In this document: positions 22,139 through 32,212 of the stretch, piece after piece
Numbering within the stretch: position 1 is the first letter of the stretch
How the letters are laid out: every line of letters starts with the position of its first letter
Source of the DNA: an uncultured delta proteobacterium
GTDB lineage: Bacteria > Myxococcota > Myxococcia > Myxococcales > Myxococcaceae
Length of the DNA: 64,000 nt
Assembly: GCA_963776345.1 (NCBI GenBank)
Contig: CAVZMH010000020.1
Location: 64,001-128,000, forward strand
Direction: 5' to 3'
Translations under genes and position numbers: made by a program
The notes under the pieces: model-generated
The model's input: the letters and a program-made list of their open reading frames with translations, nothing else
Told to the model about the DNA's origin: nothing
The model's database searches: none

Positions 22139-22348
22139 CTACTGGACCAGGACGATGCGCGCGTGCGCCGCCCGGCCAATCTCCCGGGACGAGAGCAGGC
22201 GGGCCACGTCCCTCACCTCGTTGCCCACCGTGTCGAAGGCGGCGACGATGAGCTCGCCGAGCGTGGTCTGCACCGCCTCCTGGTGCGCCCTTGCCTTCCG
22301 CGTCAACCGCTGCAGCCGCGTGCCCTTCTTCCCCGATGACTTGCGCAT
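22139..22348 (-). CDS. Small basic hypothetical protein
   Basis: ATG with GGAGAG RBS; 69 aa TTLGELIVAAFDTVG...ARIVLV. Confidence 0.65.
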   Translation of the reverse strand: MRKSSGKKGTRLQRLTRKARAHQEAVQTTLGELIVAAFDTVGNEVRDVARLLSSREIGRAAHARIVLVQ

Positions 22349-22568
22349 GGTCTCTCCGTAATCGCCGGGCCGGTGTCCGGCAGCTGTGTCCAGGCCCCGG
22401 AGCGGCCACTGTGCCGTCCAGGGTCTGACCGGAAGGTGTGTCCTTCGCCGGAGTCCGTGACACCGCGCGTCCGGGACCGGCCTGCAACGGGGCATCCCCG
22501 CGTCATCAGGAGCCTCCGAGGAACCCTCTCCCCGCGAGACGGGGTGGGGTGGTACGCCCTCCCACCAG

Positions 22569-23546
22569 ATGCGGATGCACGTGCTCTTCCACGACAACTG
22601 CTTCGACGGCGCGGCCAGCGCCGCCGTGTTCTCGCGCTTCTACCGGGAGCGCATCCGTCCGGACGCGACGCTCACCTACCAGGGCCTGTCACACCAGGCC
22701 AACGGCGCCCCGGTGCTCGAGTCGGCGTTCCAGGGGGACGAGAACGCCATCGTCGATTTCCGGTACAGCCAGTCGCCCGGGCTGACCTGGTGGTTCGACC
22801 ACCACGCCTCGGCCTTCCAGACGCCGGGGGACGAGGCCCACTACCGGGCGGACACCTCGGGCAGGAAGTTCCACGACGCGCGGCGGAAGAGCTGCACGGT
22901 GTACCTCGCCGACGTGGCGCGGGCCCGCTTCGGGTTCGACCCCGGGCCGATGACCGAGCTGCTCGAGTGGGCGGAGATCATCGACGGCGCGCAGTTCCCG
23001 AGCCCGCAGATGGCGGTGGGCCTCCGCGAGCCGGCGCTCCAGCTCATGACCGTGCTCGAGGCCAACCACGATCCGGAGCTGATCCCCGAGGTCATTCGCC
23101 TGCTCCAGCGCCACACCCTCTCCGAGGTGGCGTCGCGTCCGATGATCCAGGAGCCGTTCCGTCCGCTGCTCGAGCGGCACCAGCACAACCGCGAGCTGGT
23201 CCGGAAGAAGGCCGCCATCGACCGGGGCGTGGTCTTCTTCGACGTGGCCGACGAGGGCCTGGACGCGATGAACAAGTTCATCGCCTACGACCTCTTCCCG
23301 GAAGCGCGCTACGTGGTCTGGGTGGGGCGCGGCGCCAAGCGGGCCAAGGTGTCCATCGGCAGCAACCCCTGGCGCCCCGAGCTCCGGCGGCACGACCTCT
23401 CCGCCATCGCCGAGCGCTGGGGCGGTGGTGGGCACCCGGTGGTGGCGGCGATGAGCTTCAAGCCCGAGGAGCTGCCCCGGGCCCGCGAGGCCGCGCGGTC
23501 CATCGTCGAGGAGCTGCGCGCCGAGCCCGTGTCCGCCTCCGCCTGA
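22569..23546 (+). CDS. DHH-family phosphoesterase
   Basis: H.NCFDG, IVDF, WFDHH, C-terminal GGGGHP. Confidence 0.88.
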   Translation: MRMHVLFHDNCFDGAASAAVFSRFYRERIRPDATLTYQGLSHQANGAPVLESAFQGDENAIVDFRYSQSPGLTWWFDHHASAFQTPGDEAHYRADTSGRKFHDARRKSCTVYLADVARARFGFDPGPMTELLEWAEIIDGAQFPSPQMAVGLREPALQLMTVLEANHDPELIPEVIRLLQRHTLSEVASRPMIQEPFRPLLERHQHNRELVRKKAAIDRGVVFFDVADEGLDAMNKFIAYDLFPEARYVVWVGRGAKRAKVSIGSNPWRPELRRHDLSAIAERWGGGGHPVVAAMSFKPEELPRAREAARSIVEELRAEPVSASA

Positions 23547-23567
23547 GCCCGGGGGGATACTGTCGGA

Positions 23568-23972
23568 GACACTGTGCCGCGGCCGCCCTGGTCTCGACGG
23601 CTGCGGGCCTGAGAGTCTTCGACCAGGACCTCGGGCGCGGCCGCGGACGACACTGTGCTGCGGCCGCCTGGTCTCAACGACTGCGGGCCTGAGAATCTTC
23701 GACCAGGACCTCGGGCGCGGCCGCGGACGACACTGTGCTGCGGCCGCCCTGGTCTCGACGACTGCGGGCCTGAGAGTCTTCGTCCAGGACCTCGGGCGCG
23801 GCCGCGGACGACACTGTGTCGCGGCCGCCCTGGTCTCGACGACTGCGGGCCTGAGAGTCTTCGACCAGGACCTCGGGCGCGGCCGCGGACGACACTGTGC
23901 TGCGGCCGCCTGGTCTCGACGGCTGCGGGCCTGAGAGTCTTCGACCAGGACCTCGGGCGCGGCCGCCCTGAC
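23568..23972. repeat. Intergenic tandem array, five ~81-bp units
   Basis: GACACTGTG starts at 23568, 23649, 23729, 23810 and 23891 (periods 81/80/81/81); two GCGGCCGC per unit; no unique spacers. Confidence 0.95.
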
Positions 23973-24539
23973 CTACAGGAGCGGGAACCCGCGGGCCCGG
24001 AGCATCCGGACCACCGGGAGCATCGGGAGCCCCTGCACCGAGGTGCGGTCGCCCTCGAGCCCGGAGACCAGCGCCTGCCCCCGGCCCTCGATGCGGTAGC
24101 CGCCCGCGCAGCCACGCCACTCCTCGGTGTCGAGGTAGCGCTCCAGCTCCTCGGCGGTGAGCGGGTGGAAGCGCAGCGTGACGACGTCGAGCTCGAGCTG
24201 CTCGTCGCCCCCGCCCACCAGCGCCACGGCGGTGAGGAGGCGGTGCGCCCGGCCGAGCAGCGCCCCGAGCTGGGCGCGCGCCGCGTCCCGTGACTCCGGC
24301 TTGCCAAGCACCCGGCCATCCACCTCGGCGAGCTGGTCGGCGCCGAGCACCAGCGCGTCCGGGCGTCGCTCGGCGACGGCGCGCGCCTTGCGGAGCGCGA
24401 GCATCCGCACCGAATCCTCGATCCCCGTTCCCTCGGGGAGGTCCTCGTCCACGCCCGGCGCCTCGACGGAGTAGGGCACCCCGAGCGCGTCGAGCAGGGC
24501 CCTGCGGGCCGGCGAGGTGGAGGCGAGGAACAGGCGCAT
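23973..24539 (-). CDS. maf: Maf-family nucleoside triphosphate pyrophosphatase
   Basis: LASTSPARRALL, VDE, LGADQ, GKP, CAGGYRIEG, VQGLP. Confidence 0.93.
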   Translation of the reverse strand: MRLFLASTSPARRALLDALGVPYSVEAPGVDEDLPEGTGIEDSVRMLALRKARAVAERRPDALVLGADQLAEVDGRVLGKPESRDAARAQLGALLGRAHRLLTAVALVGGGDEQLELDVVTLRFHPLTAEELERYLDTEEWRGCAGGYRIEGRGQALVSGLEGDRTSVQGLPMLPVVRMLRARGFPLL

Positions 24540-24690
24540 CGCGGAGCAGGCTCTCTCACACGGTGCCGCGGCGCGCTGCAAGCTTTGCCGACCCACCGGG
24601 CCGGGGATGACCCACCCCCTCCGGTGCGGGGATCCCCGGAACTCGGGACCTTGGTGATGGGACAATGGTTTGCACTGTTCGGCGGTCGCG

Positions 24691-25425
24691 ATGGACCGGC
24701 GAATGGCAAGGAGGCGGAGGCACCCGCGCGGCGCGACGCTCCTGCTGTCGCTCGGGGTGGTGACCTTCCTCACCCTCGGCGCCATCACCACGCTGAACCT
24801 GATCACCGCGCAGTCGGATCCCGCGGGACAGGATCGCCGGGCAAAGGAGGCCTTCTTCGCTGCGGAGGCCGGGCTGGCCGAGGCGCGGGAGTGGCTCCGG
24901 CTGCAGACCGCGGCCATCCCCTCGCCGCAGCCGACCAACGCCATCCTCGCCGCGCTGGCCCCGGCCACCGACGTGGGCGGCTCGACCGACCCCTGGTACC
25001 AGATTCCGCTCGGCAACACGCCGGATGCCTGGGTGGCCTACACGCTCTCCCGTGCGCCCGACGCCAATGGCGCCCAGGCGCTGGACACCGGGGTGACCGC
25101 CGCCGGGCTGGAGCTCACCGCCTCGGACGGCACGCAGTACCTGGCGTACCCTGACGCCTCGCGCGTCACCTACCGCGTCTTCCTCCGCGACGACGACGAC
25201 GGCGACGGCGACCCCACGGTGGACTCGAACGGCACCGTCTGGCTGGTGGCGGTGGGCCAGGTGCAGGTGGGCCTCGGCGTCCCGGTGCAGGCGGTGGTGC
25301 GCGCGCTGGTCCGTCCCGGCACCGGCGCGGTGGGCACCGGCTACAGCTACTCCGACAAGATCTGGGACCCCGTTCACCTGAACGAGAACGCCCCCATCAA
25401 CGCCAACACGACCACCAGTCTCTAG
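24691..25425 (+). CDS. pilX: PilX-like minor pilin
   Basis: Class III leader RRRHPRG|ATLLLSLG without Glu5, AFFAAEAGL motif; start 24691 or 24703. Confidence 0.82.
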   Translation: MDRRMARRRRHPRGATLLLSLGVVTFLTLGAITTLNLITAQSDPAGQDRRAKEAFFAAEAGLAEAREWLRLQTAAIPSPQPTNAILAALAPATDVGGSTDPWYQIPLGNTPDAWVAYTLSRAPDANGAQALDTGVTAAGLELTASDGTQYLAYPDASRVTYRVFLRDDDDGDGDPTVDSNGTVWLVAVGQVQVGLGVPVQAVVRALVRPGTGAVGTGYSYSDKIWDPVHLNENAPINANTTTSL

Positions 25426-25434
25426 AGGCCCGAC

Positions 25435-25890
25435 GTGCTTCGCATCGCTCTTGTGGCATCCATCATCGTCTCGCTGCCCGCGCTCGCCGCGAACGCCACC
25501 GTGGGCGCCGAGGCGTTCGCCTCGGGCTGCAGTCGCTGCCACGCCGCGACGCAGGTGCCGGCGGGCGCGACCGAGCCGCATGCCGACCGGCGGAACGCGC
25601 GCCCCGGCGCCGGGCCCGACCTGACCGAGGCGCTCATCGCCCAGGGCTACGACAAGGTCCGGGCGTGGATCGAGAAGCCGGGTCGCGCGAACCGCGAGAC
25701 GACGTGCGACACGCGGCAGGTCCCGCCGGCGCAGCTCGACGACCTGATGGCCTATCTGGTCTCCCAGGTCGTCCCGGCACAGCCGTCGCGGAAGGAGCGG
25801 CTCCGCGGGAAGCTGTCCGAGGAGCAGGCCCGGGCCGCGGCGGCCGGAGTCCCGACCGCACGCGCACGGAAGGGGGGGAGGCGGCCGTGA
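25435..25890 (+). CDS. tfcP: Monoheme cytochrome c, TfcP-like
   Basis: Signal peptide, CSRCH, GPDLT, a distal Cys (TTCDT) where a Met ligand would be expected; located between pilX and pilY1. Confidence 0.75.
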   Translation: MLRIALVASIIVSLPALAANATVGAEAFASGCSRCHAATQVPAGATEPHADRRNARPGAGPDLTEALIAQGYDKVRAWIEKPGRANRETTCDTRQVPPAQLDDLMAYLVSQVVPAQPSRKERLRGKLSEEQARAAAAGVPTARARKGGRRP

Positions 25891-28800
25891 AGCGCACGAT
25901 GATCGCCGCGGTCGCGCTGCTCTCCTGCGTGGCGATGGTGGCCCACGCAGGCAGCCTGGCCGCGCTCTGCCAGGACAGCCTGGCCCAGAATCGCCAGCCC
26001 GACTTCGCCGATGGCGGGTTCCAGAGCCTGAAGACGGTGCAGGTGGTGGGGACCCCGGCGGTGCTGCGGCTGAACACCAACCTCGACGTGCTGAACCCGC
26101 AGAAGATCCAGCTCCCGTTCGATCAGAACGTGAGCATCAGCTACGTCTACGAGGCCGGTGGAGCGGGCTGGGCGCTGGGATGGCTCTACGCGGACGACCT
26201 GGTGAAGCGCGGGTACCTGGACGCGAACGGGAACCTGCTCGACTCCGACGGCGACGGCATCCCCGACTTCCACGAGGACATCTACAACCTCTCGCAGAAC
26301 CGGTACGTCGGGAAGTACCGCAAGTGCGGCGCCACGCCGCCCACCTTCACCTGGAACGGGGTGAACCTCGTCGAGCCGGAGATCGCCACCGACTCCTGTG
26401 GCACCACCTTCGGCACCACCAGCAAGACGGCCATCCTGGCCGACGGCGGGATGGGCTCGGTCTCGGGCTGGCAGGTGGGGAAGGCCAGCGGGAGCACGCC
26501 CACCACCCCGACCGTCGAGTACACCGACAACGGGCTGTACGCGCGGATCCCCAACCTCCTCGAGCCCGCGGACCCGCTGAACGGGGGCCTGGGCCTGGGC
26601 CACCTCATCTTCCTCAACGCCGACGACGACAGCGACACCACCACCAAGGCGCTGGTCCCGGTCGCGGACATCTCGAGCAAGGTGGACGGCGTGCCGGACT
26701 ACGACGTCAGCGCCTACGACGGGAACGGCCGGCTGCTCCCCGCGGGCAGCAATCCCGATCCCGGCGTGTCGCTCTACGACCGCACGCTCAACCTGGGCAC
26801 GCTCCCGGGGAGCAGGGAGATCATCTTCTACCTGGTGGTCTACTACACCAGCCAGGGTCAGGCCGGCTGCCTCGGCCGCGTCGGCGGCGTCTGCAAGCTC
26901 TGGCTCAACACGCCGGTCGTCGTCCACTTCAGCCGCACCGACCTGAACATGGACGAGAACCTCAACACCGCGAACCCCGCGGCCACGGTGGACATCGGGT
27001 GCGGGTATCCGAATACATGTAGTCTGGACGGTGGGACGTATACCGGCTGGCTCGACTCGGCGACCCTGACCCGCCTCGCGGCGCCGGACGGCGGCTACGG
27101 GCTGACCATGCCTCACGAGGTGGTGAGCGTTCCCCGTTCCAGCACCAACCGGATGCCGCACGTCATCGTGGGCGCGCCGAGCACCGATCCCTTCCGGTGG
27201 ATCATCGGGTTCGAGGACCTGAGCGGCGGCGGTGACCGCGACTTCAACGACGTGGTCTTCCAGATCAACAAGAGCAACGGCGGGACGGTGACCTCGGGGA
27301 TCGTGTCGAACGACATCAGCCCCACCGACGTCCAGAACCTCACCATCACCAACATCCGCTTCAAGAAGGACGACAACGCCATCTACCAGGCCAGCGGTCC
27401 GGCCAACGCGTGCAGCGGGCCGCCCAAGGCCAGCATCGACTACTACGTCGCGGTGGACTGCAAGGTCTGCGCGAGCGGGGTCTGCACCGAGAACCCCAAC
27501 CCCTCGTGGACGCGCGTGCCGCTGCCGGCGGGCAACCCGTCCGAGGTGACCTTCAACGTCCTCGACCTCGGCTTCACCGGCTCGCAGCTCTGCTGGCAGG
27601 CGCGGCTGTCGAGCCCCAACCAGTACTGCCAGCCCACCATCAACAGCGTCTCGGTGGGCTATCAGGCGGTGCGCTCGGGTTCCTACTCGCGGTCCAGCCT
27701 CTCCACGGTGGGCAACGCCTTCGTCTACGGGACCTACGAGACCCCGGGACAGGGCTGGACCGGCCCCTGGCCCACCAGCCCGCCGGCGCCGTCCACGCGG
27801 AACTACGACGGCAAGCCCGACCTGAGCACCCGCGGGCACCTGTACCTCAAGTCCATCTACGATCCGGAGGCGCCCACGCTGACTCACTCCGTGCAGCGCT
27901 GGGACTCGGGCGGACAGCTGGTCACCGACCTCACCGCCGGCTCGCCGTCGAGCCGCCGGCTCCTGACGGTGGACTCGACCGGGAAGATCGCCGCCCTCTC
28001 CACGGTGAACGCGGCCGAGGACCTGCTCCTCCCTGCGACCCAGCTCTGCCGGGTGAATGGCGGAAGGTACGTCTTCGACCTCAACGGCGACGGGGTCTGT
28101 ACCTCGAGCGATCGCGACTTCGTGAAGGACTGGCTCTATGGCTGGGAGGACAACCAGCCGCCCGGGCCGGTGGGCAGCCGCCGCGCCTGGCCGATGGGCG
28201 GGGTGAACCTCTCCACCCCCGCGGTGGTGGGGCCGCCGACCTATCCGTCCTGGTATTACAACACCACCGGCGACGAGCAGACCGCGTTCCAGACGCGGTT
28301 CGTCAGCGGCGTCCTCAACGGGAGCCCGCTCTCGGCGCGCAACACGTACACCTACGTCAACACCAGCAGCGGCATGCTCCACGCCTTCGCCGCGGGCCAC
28401 TACTCGCCGGCCACCTCGGACCCGTGCCTCGGGCAGCGCGGCACCACCCTGTACCGGGGCTTCTTCCAGCCCACCGGCGCCTGCGTCCCCCCCCCCGGCA
28501 TCAATCCCCGGAACTACGGCACCGGCGCCGAGCGCTTCGTCTTCCTGCCGCGGAGCCTGCTCGGGCGGTACGTGAACAGCTACGTCGGGCCCACCATCAC
28601 CGGCGCGCCGTCGGCCTCGCTCGACGCCTCGCCGGCGGTGGCGGACGTGGACCTCGGCGGCCTGGGCTCCAGCGTGCTGCCCTGGACCATCAGCAACAAG
28701 CTGGGCCAGGGGGCCAAGACGATGCTCGTCTCCGCCGCCGGCCGGGGCCAGAGCACGGTGTTCGCGCTCGACATCACCCAGCCCGATCTCGACACCTACC

Positions 28801-29885
28801 CCATCTTCCAGTGGGAGTTCGACATGAACTCGGTCAACAGCGCGTTCGCCAGCGCGCGGCTGGGCAACCCGAGCGCGCTCCTGCCGGACACCAACGGGAC
28901 GCGGCATGCGCCGGTGGTGGCGCGGGTGGACTTCGGGAGCAGCGGCTCCGCCGACTGCGGGACCGGCACGGGGAGCTGCCGGAAGTGGGTGGCGGCGGTG
29001 GCGACGGACTACCTCCCCGCCTCGGGGTACGCCGGCGCCATCTACCTCATCGACCTCACCACCGGCGCGCCGGTGGTGGTGAACGGGAAGCAGGTGGGGG
29101 TGGTGCCCCTGGAGCAGGGCGAGGGCGTCGGCGGTGAGCCGGCCTACGGCGACGCCACCCCCGGAGACGGCACCTCCGACGTTCTCTACGTGCCCTCGAC
29201 CAGCGGGCGGGTGTACCGGCTGAACCTGAGCAAGCGGGACGAGAGCCAGGCGCTCGGCTCGCGCATTCCCAAGTGCCTCATCGCCAGCGCTCCGCTCGCG
29301 GTGGGCGGGGCCGACGGGCCGCTGGAGGAGATCCACTCCGGTCTGGTCTCCCGGCCGGGCCCGATCACCGACGGCAAGTCCACGGTGATGTTCTTCTTCG
29401 GCACCGCGGACAGCCCGGACGATCCGTACGACGCGACCGCCTCGAGGTACTACGTCTTCGGCTACACCGATCCCGATCCGCTCGGCACCTGCCCCAGCGC
29501 GCCGGTGGCTCCCACCTGGAGCCAGGCGCTCGACGCGGGACAGCGGGTGTGGGGCGGGGTCTCGCTGGACTCGAACTACGTCTACGTGACCACCGCGGTG
29601 GGCAACGCCGCCGACGCCTGCAACCTCAGCAACAACGTGAGCGGCAAGTATTACAGCTTCGGCCAGGGCGACGGAACGGCGCAGTCCGGCAGCGGCAAGG
29701 ACCTGGGCGGCCACTCGCTCAACTCTCCGGTCATCTACGACGGCCACGTGCTCAGCGTCAGCGTCACCGGGCAGGCCACGGCCTACGGCGACGCCGCCTG
29801 GAACAACAAGACCAACTTCACGCCAGCCACCGCGCCGAGGGTCATCCTGTGGGACGTGTCGACACAGTCGCAGCTCCCCAAGTGA
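25887..29885 (+). CDS. pilY1: PilY1-like pilus tip adhesin with DUF4114 domain
   Basis: GTG overlaps the upstream stop; signal peptide; GFEDLSGGGDRDFNDVVF (DUF4114); GMLHAF and VFALDIT propeller motifs; Asp-rich loops. Confidence 0.85.
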   Translation: MKRTMIAAVALLSCVAMVAHAGSLAALCQDSLAQNRQPDFADGGFQSLKTVQVVGTPAVLRLNTNLDVLNPQKIQLPFDQNVSISYVYEAGGAGWALGWLYADDLVKRGYLDANGNLLDSDGDGIPDFHEDIYNLSQNRYVGKYRKCGATPPTFTWNGVNLVEPEIATDSCGTTFGTTSKTAILADGGMGSVSGWQVGKASGSTPTTPTVEYTDNGLYARIPNLLEPADPLNGGLGLGHLIFLNADDDSDTTTKALVPVADISSKVDGVPDYDVSAYDGNGRLLPAGSNPDPGVSLYDRTLNLGTLPGSREIIFYLVVYYTSQGQAGCLGRVGGVCKLWLNTPVVVHFSRTDLNMDENLNTANPAATVDIGCGYPNTCSLDGGTYTGWLDSATLTRLAAPDGGYGLTMPHEVVSVPRSSTNRMPHVIVGAPSTDPFRWIIGFEDLSGGGDRDFNDVVFQINKSNGGTVTSGIVSNDISPTDVQNLTITNIRFKKDDNAIYQASGPANACSGPPKASIDYYVAVDCKVCASGVCTENPNPSWTRVPLPAGNPSEVTFNVLDLGFTGSQLCWQARLSSPNQYCQPTINSVSVGYQAVRSGSYSRSSLSTVGNAFVYGTYETPGQGWTGPWPTSPPAPSTRNYDGKPDLSTRGHLYLKSIYDPEAPTLTHSVQRWDSGGQLVTDLTAGSPSSRRLLTVDSTGKIAALSTVNAAEDLLLPATQLCRVNGGRYVFDLNGDGVCTSSDRDFVKDWLYGWEDNQPPGPVGSRRAWPMGGVNLSTPAVVGPPTYPSWYYNTTGDEQTAFQTRFVSGVLNGSPLSARNTYTYVNTSSGMLHAFAAGHYSPATSDPCLGQRGTTLYRGFFQPTGACVPPPGINPRNYGTGAERFVFLPRSLLGRYVNSYVGPTITGAPSASLDASPAVADVDLGGLGSSVLPWTISNKLGQGAKTMLVSAAGRGQSTVFALDITQPDLDTYPIFQWEFDMNSVNSAFASARLGNPSALLPDTNGTRHAPVVARVDFGSSGSADCGTGTGSCRKWVAAVATDYLPASGYAGAIYLIDLTTGAPVVVNGKQVGVVPLEQGEGVGGEPAYGDATPGDGTSDVLYVPSTSGRVYRLNLSKRDESQALGSRIPKCLIASAPLAVGGADGPLEEIHSGLVSRPGPITDGKSTVMFFFGTADSPDDPYDATASRYYVFGYTDPDPLGTCPSAPVAPTWSQALDAGQRVWGGVSLDSNYVYVTTAVGNAADACNLSNNVSGKYYSFGQGDGTAQSGSGKDLGGHSLNSPVIYDGHVLSVSVTGQATAYGDAAWNNKTNFTPATAPRVILWDVSTQSQLPK

Positions 29886-30400
29886 GGAGCCGGCGCGGGA
29901 CCACGCTCATCGAGGTGATGGCCGCCATGGGCGTGATGGCCATCGGCATCGCGGCGATCGGATCGCTGGTGCTCGCGGCCAGCTCCCAGAACCGGCGGAC
30001 CCTGGCCATGGCCCAGGCGGAGGCGGTGGCCCAGCGTGAGCTGGAGCGGGTGCTGGCGCTGGGATGCAGCAACGGGAACTCGGACACCGCCTTCTGCGAC
30101 AACGTGCGCGCCCTGGACCGGACCGGGTACGACGTGGCCTGGGGCGTCTCCACGCTCCCCGGGACGGCGCCCACCGCCGCGACCCGTCCGTACCACGTGG
30201 ACATCGACGTGGACGGACCGGGCGACTGCAACGGCGCCCCGTGCTTCGAGGGCGGCGAGACCGGCGCCCCGATCCTCGCCCGGACGCTGGTGCCCGGCCA
30301 GCCGCCGCCGCGCCTGCTCAACGTCCGGGTGACGGTGAGCTGGACCGAGCGGGACCGGCCGCGGCAGGCCGTGGCGCTCCAGACGCGGGTGGCCCCATGA
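29882..30400 (+). CDS. pilV: PilV-like minor pilin
   Basis: RRG|TTLIEVMAAMG prepilin motif; translationally coupled. Confidence 0.8.
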   Translation: MRSRRGTTLIEVMAAMGVMAIGIAAIGSLVLAASSQNRRTLAMAQAEAVAQRELERVLALGCSNGNSDTAFCDNVRALDRTGYDVAWGVSTLPGTAPTAATRPYHVDIDVDGPGDCNGAPCFEGGETGAPILARTLVPGQPPPRLLNVRVTVSWTERDRPRQAVALQTRVAP

Positions 30401-31569
30401 CCCGGCGCGGCTTCACCCTCATGGAGGCCATGGTGGCCAGCGCCATGGGCCTGGTGGTCCTCACCGCGACGCTGACCGTGGGCGTGCAGCTCCAGCGCAA
30501 GGCCATCTTCGAGCAGCAGAGCTCGCTCATCCAGGGCGGGACCCAGGCGGTGGCCGAGTTCTTCGGGCCCATGCTCCAGCGCGCGGGCGAGGGGATGGGC
30601 AACGCCCGCATCAACCTCGGTGGGAATGCCTTCGTCTACGCCATCCAGGTGACCACCGGGGACACCTTCGGCGGCTTCCCCGGCTTCTCCCCCCCGCCGC
30701 CGGCCTACGCCGACCGGATCTCCGACTCGCTCCAGCTCCGGTGGGGCGACCCGACCGCGGTGGTCTCGCTCGGCGCCTGCGCGCTCTCCGGGGCGGACGG
30801 CGGCACGGGTGGTTTCTCCCGCGAGAGCTCGGGGCTGTGCACCGTGACCCAGGCGAGCGCGCTCGACGCCGGCACCCCGGTGTTCGTGGTGAACCCGGAC
30901 CTCCCGGAGGCCTGCTCGCAGATCGTCACCGGCCCGGCCGGGTCCGAGACCCCCGGGGTGCACGCGGCCACGCTGCCGGCGACGCCCTACCCGAACTCGA
31001 CCGACGCCCCGGCGGGCGACGGCTGTGCGATGGGCGGCTCGCTGTTCGCCACCCCGCGAACGGTGGTGATGCCGGCCGGCGGCGTCACCTTCCGGGTCAA
31101 CTGGGAGAGCGGCGCACCGGTGCTCGAGTACACCAACCGGGCGCCGCCGCTTCCCGGCGACACCTGGACCGAGGTGAGCCGCGACGTGGAGCAGATGACC
31201 GTCGCCCTCGGAGTGCACGACCTCACCGCGGACGCGGGAGTCCCCATGACCTGGTACCCCGGCGCGGACGGGGGCGTGCCGATCGACCAGTGCCTGGGCG
31301 CGAGCCCGAGCGGCAGCTGCGCGGTCCCGGGCGGGATGGGCCCTCCGGCGCTGGACCCGACGACCTGGGACGCCCTGATGCGGCGGGTGCGGGCGGTGGA
31401 GGTCCGGCTGGTGGCGCGCTCGAGCCGGCGCGAGCGGCCCGATGCCATGGCAGCGGACGGCGGGAGCTTCGTCCGCGACGAGGACGGGAACCCGGACGAT
31501 GGCTTCGTCCGCCGGACGCTGGTGCTGACGCTCGCCCCGCGAAACTACCAGCTGGCGGGGAGCTTCTGA
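30397..31569 (+). CDS. pilW: PilW-like minor pilin
   Basis: RRG|FTLMEAMVA; C-terminal VRAVEVRLVARS...PRN. Confidence 0.82.
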   Translation: MTRRGFTLMEAMVASAMGLVVLTATLTVGVQLQRKAIFEQQSSLIQGGTQAVAEFFGPMLQRAGEGMGNARINLGGNAFVYAIQVTTGDTFGGFPGFSPPPPAYADRISDSLQLRWGDPTAVVSLGACALSGADGGTGGFSRESSGLCTVTQASALDAGTPVFVVNPDLPEACSQIVTGPAGSETPGVHAATLPATPYPNSTDAPAGDGCAMGGSLFATPRTVVMPAGGVTFRVNWESGAPVLEYTNRAPPLPGDTWTEVSRDVEQMTVALGVHDLTADAGVPMTWYPGADGGVPIDQCLGASPSGSCAVPGGMGPPALDPTTWDALMRRVRAVEVRLVARSSRRERPDAMAADGGSFVRDEDGNPDDGFVRRTLVLTLAPRNYQLAGSF

Positions 31570-32156
31570 TGACCCGCCGGGCATTCACCTTGCTCGAGGC
31601 GATGACCACCTGCGCGATCATCGCCGTCCTGGCCGCCCTGGCGATGGAGAGCTGGGATTCGGCCATCGCCCGGGCGCGGGCCAACGACGCGGTGATGGGC
31701 GTCTACGGACAGCTGCTCGCGGCACGGAAGATCGCCCGCACGCACAACCAGCCGGTGCGGCTGGCGATGGTGCCGGACGGGGGCGTCACCCTCGCCCGCT
31801 GGGAGCGGCTCCCGTGTGACAACGAGGTCTTCGGGCTCGGCTGCCCCTCCGCCGCCTGCGCCACCACCGACGCCTGCGGCGGAGGCTCGTGCCCCTGCCG
31901 GGACACGGGCGACTGGGTGACGGTGCCGTCCACCGTGGACCTCAGCGCCTGGGCGGGTCTGTGCTTCCGGGGCGGCACCGGTCAGGCGGTGCCCCGGGTG
32001 GCGGGGGTGGGCGACTGTCTGGCGCCGCCCCCTGCCGGCGCGCTCGGCCTCCGGGCCGGCATCGCCCATCAGAACGACCAGCAGCTGCTGCTCGAGCCGC
32101 TGAGCGGGCAGCCGAGGCTGCTGTCCTGCAGCACGGGGGACGCCGGCTGCAACTGA
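31569..32156 (+). CDS. fimU: FimU/FimT-like minor pilin
   Basis: RRA|FTLLEAM; AR..A.T.NQPVRL; Cys-rich globular part. Confidence 0.8.
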   Translation: MTRRAFTLLEAMTTCAIIAVLAALAMESWDSAIARARANDAVMGVYGQLLAARKIARTHNQPVRLAMVPDGGVTLARWERLPCDNEVFGLGCPSAACATTDACGGGSCPCRDTGDWVTVPSTVDLSAWAGLCFRGGTGQAVPRVAGVGDCLAPPPAGALGLRAGIAHQNDQQLLLEPLSGQPRLLSCSTGDAGCN

Positions 32157-32212
32157 GGGTCGCGCGGGCGGACCTGGACTGACGGGGTCGGGTCGTCTGT
32201 TACATTGAGAGG

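Noticed and set aside
23568..23972. CRISPR array
   Set aside because: Units are ~81-bp near-identical tandem copies without unique spacers, and no cas operon is present.
24659..24674. Sigma54 promoter upstream of pilX (GG-ACAATGGTTT-GC)
   Set aside because: Spacing is correct but the -24 element is weak and no enhancer boxes were recognised; left uncalled.
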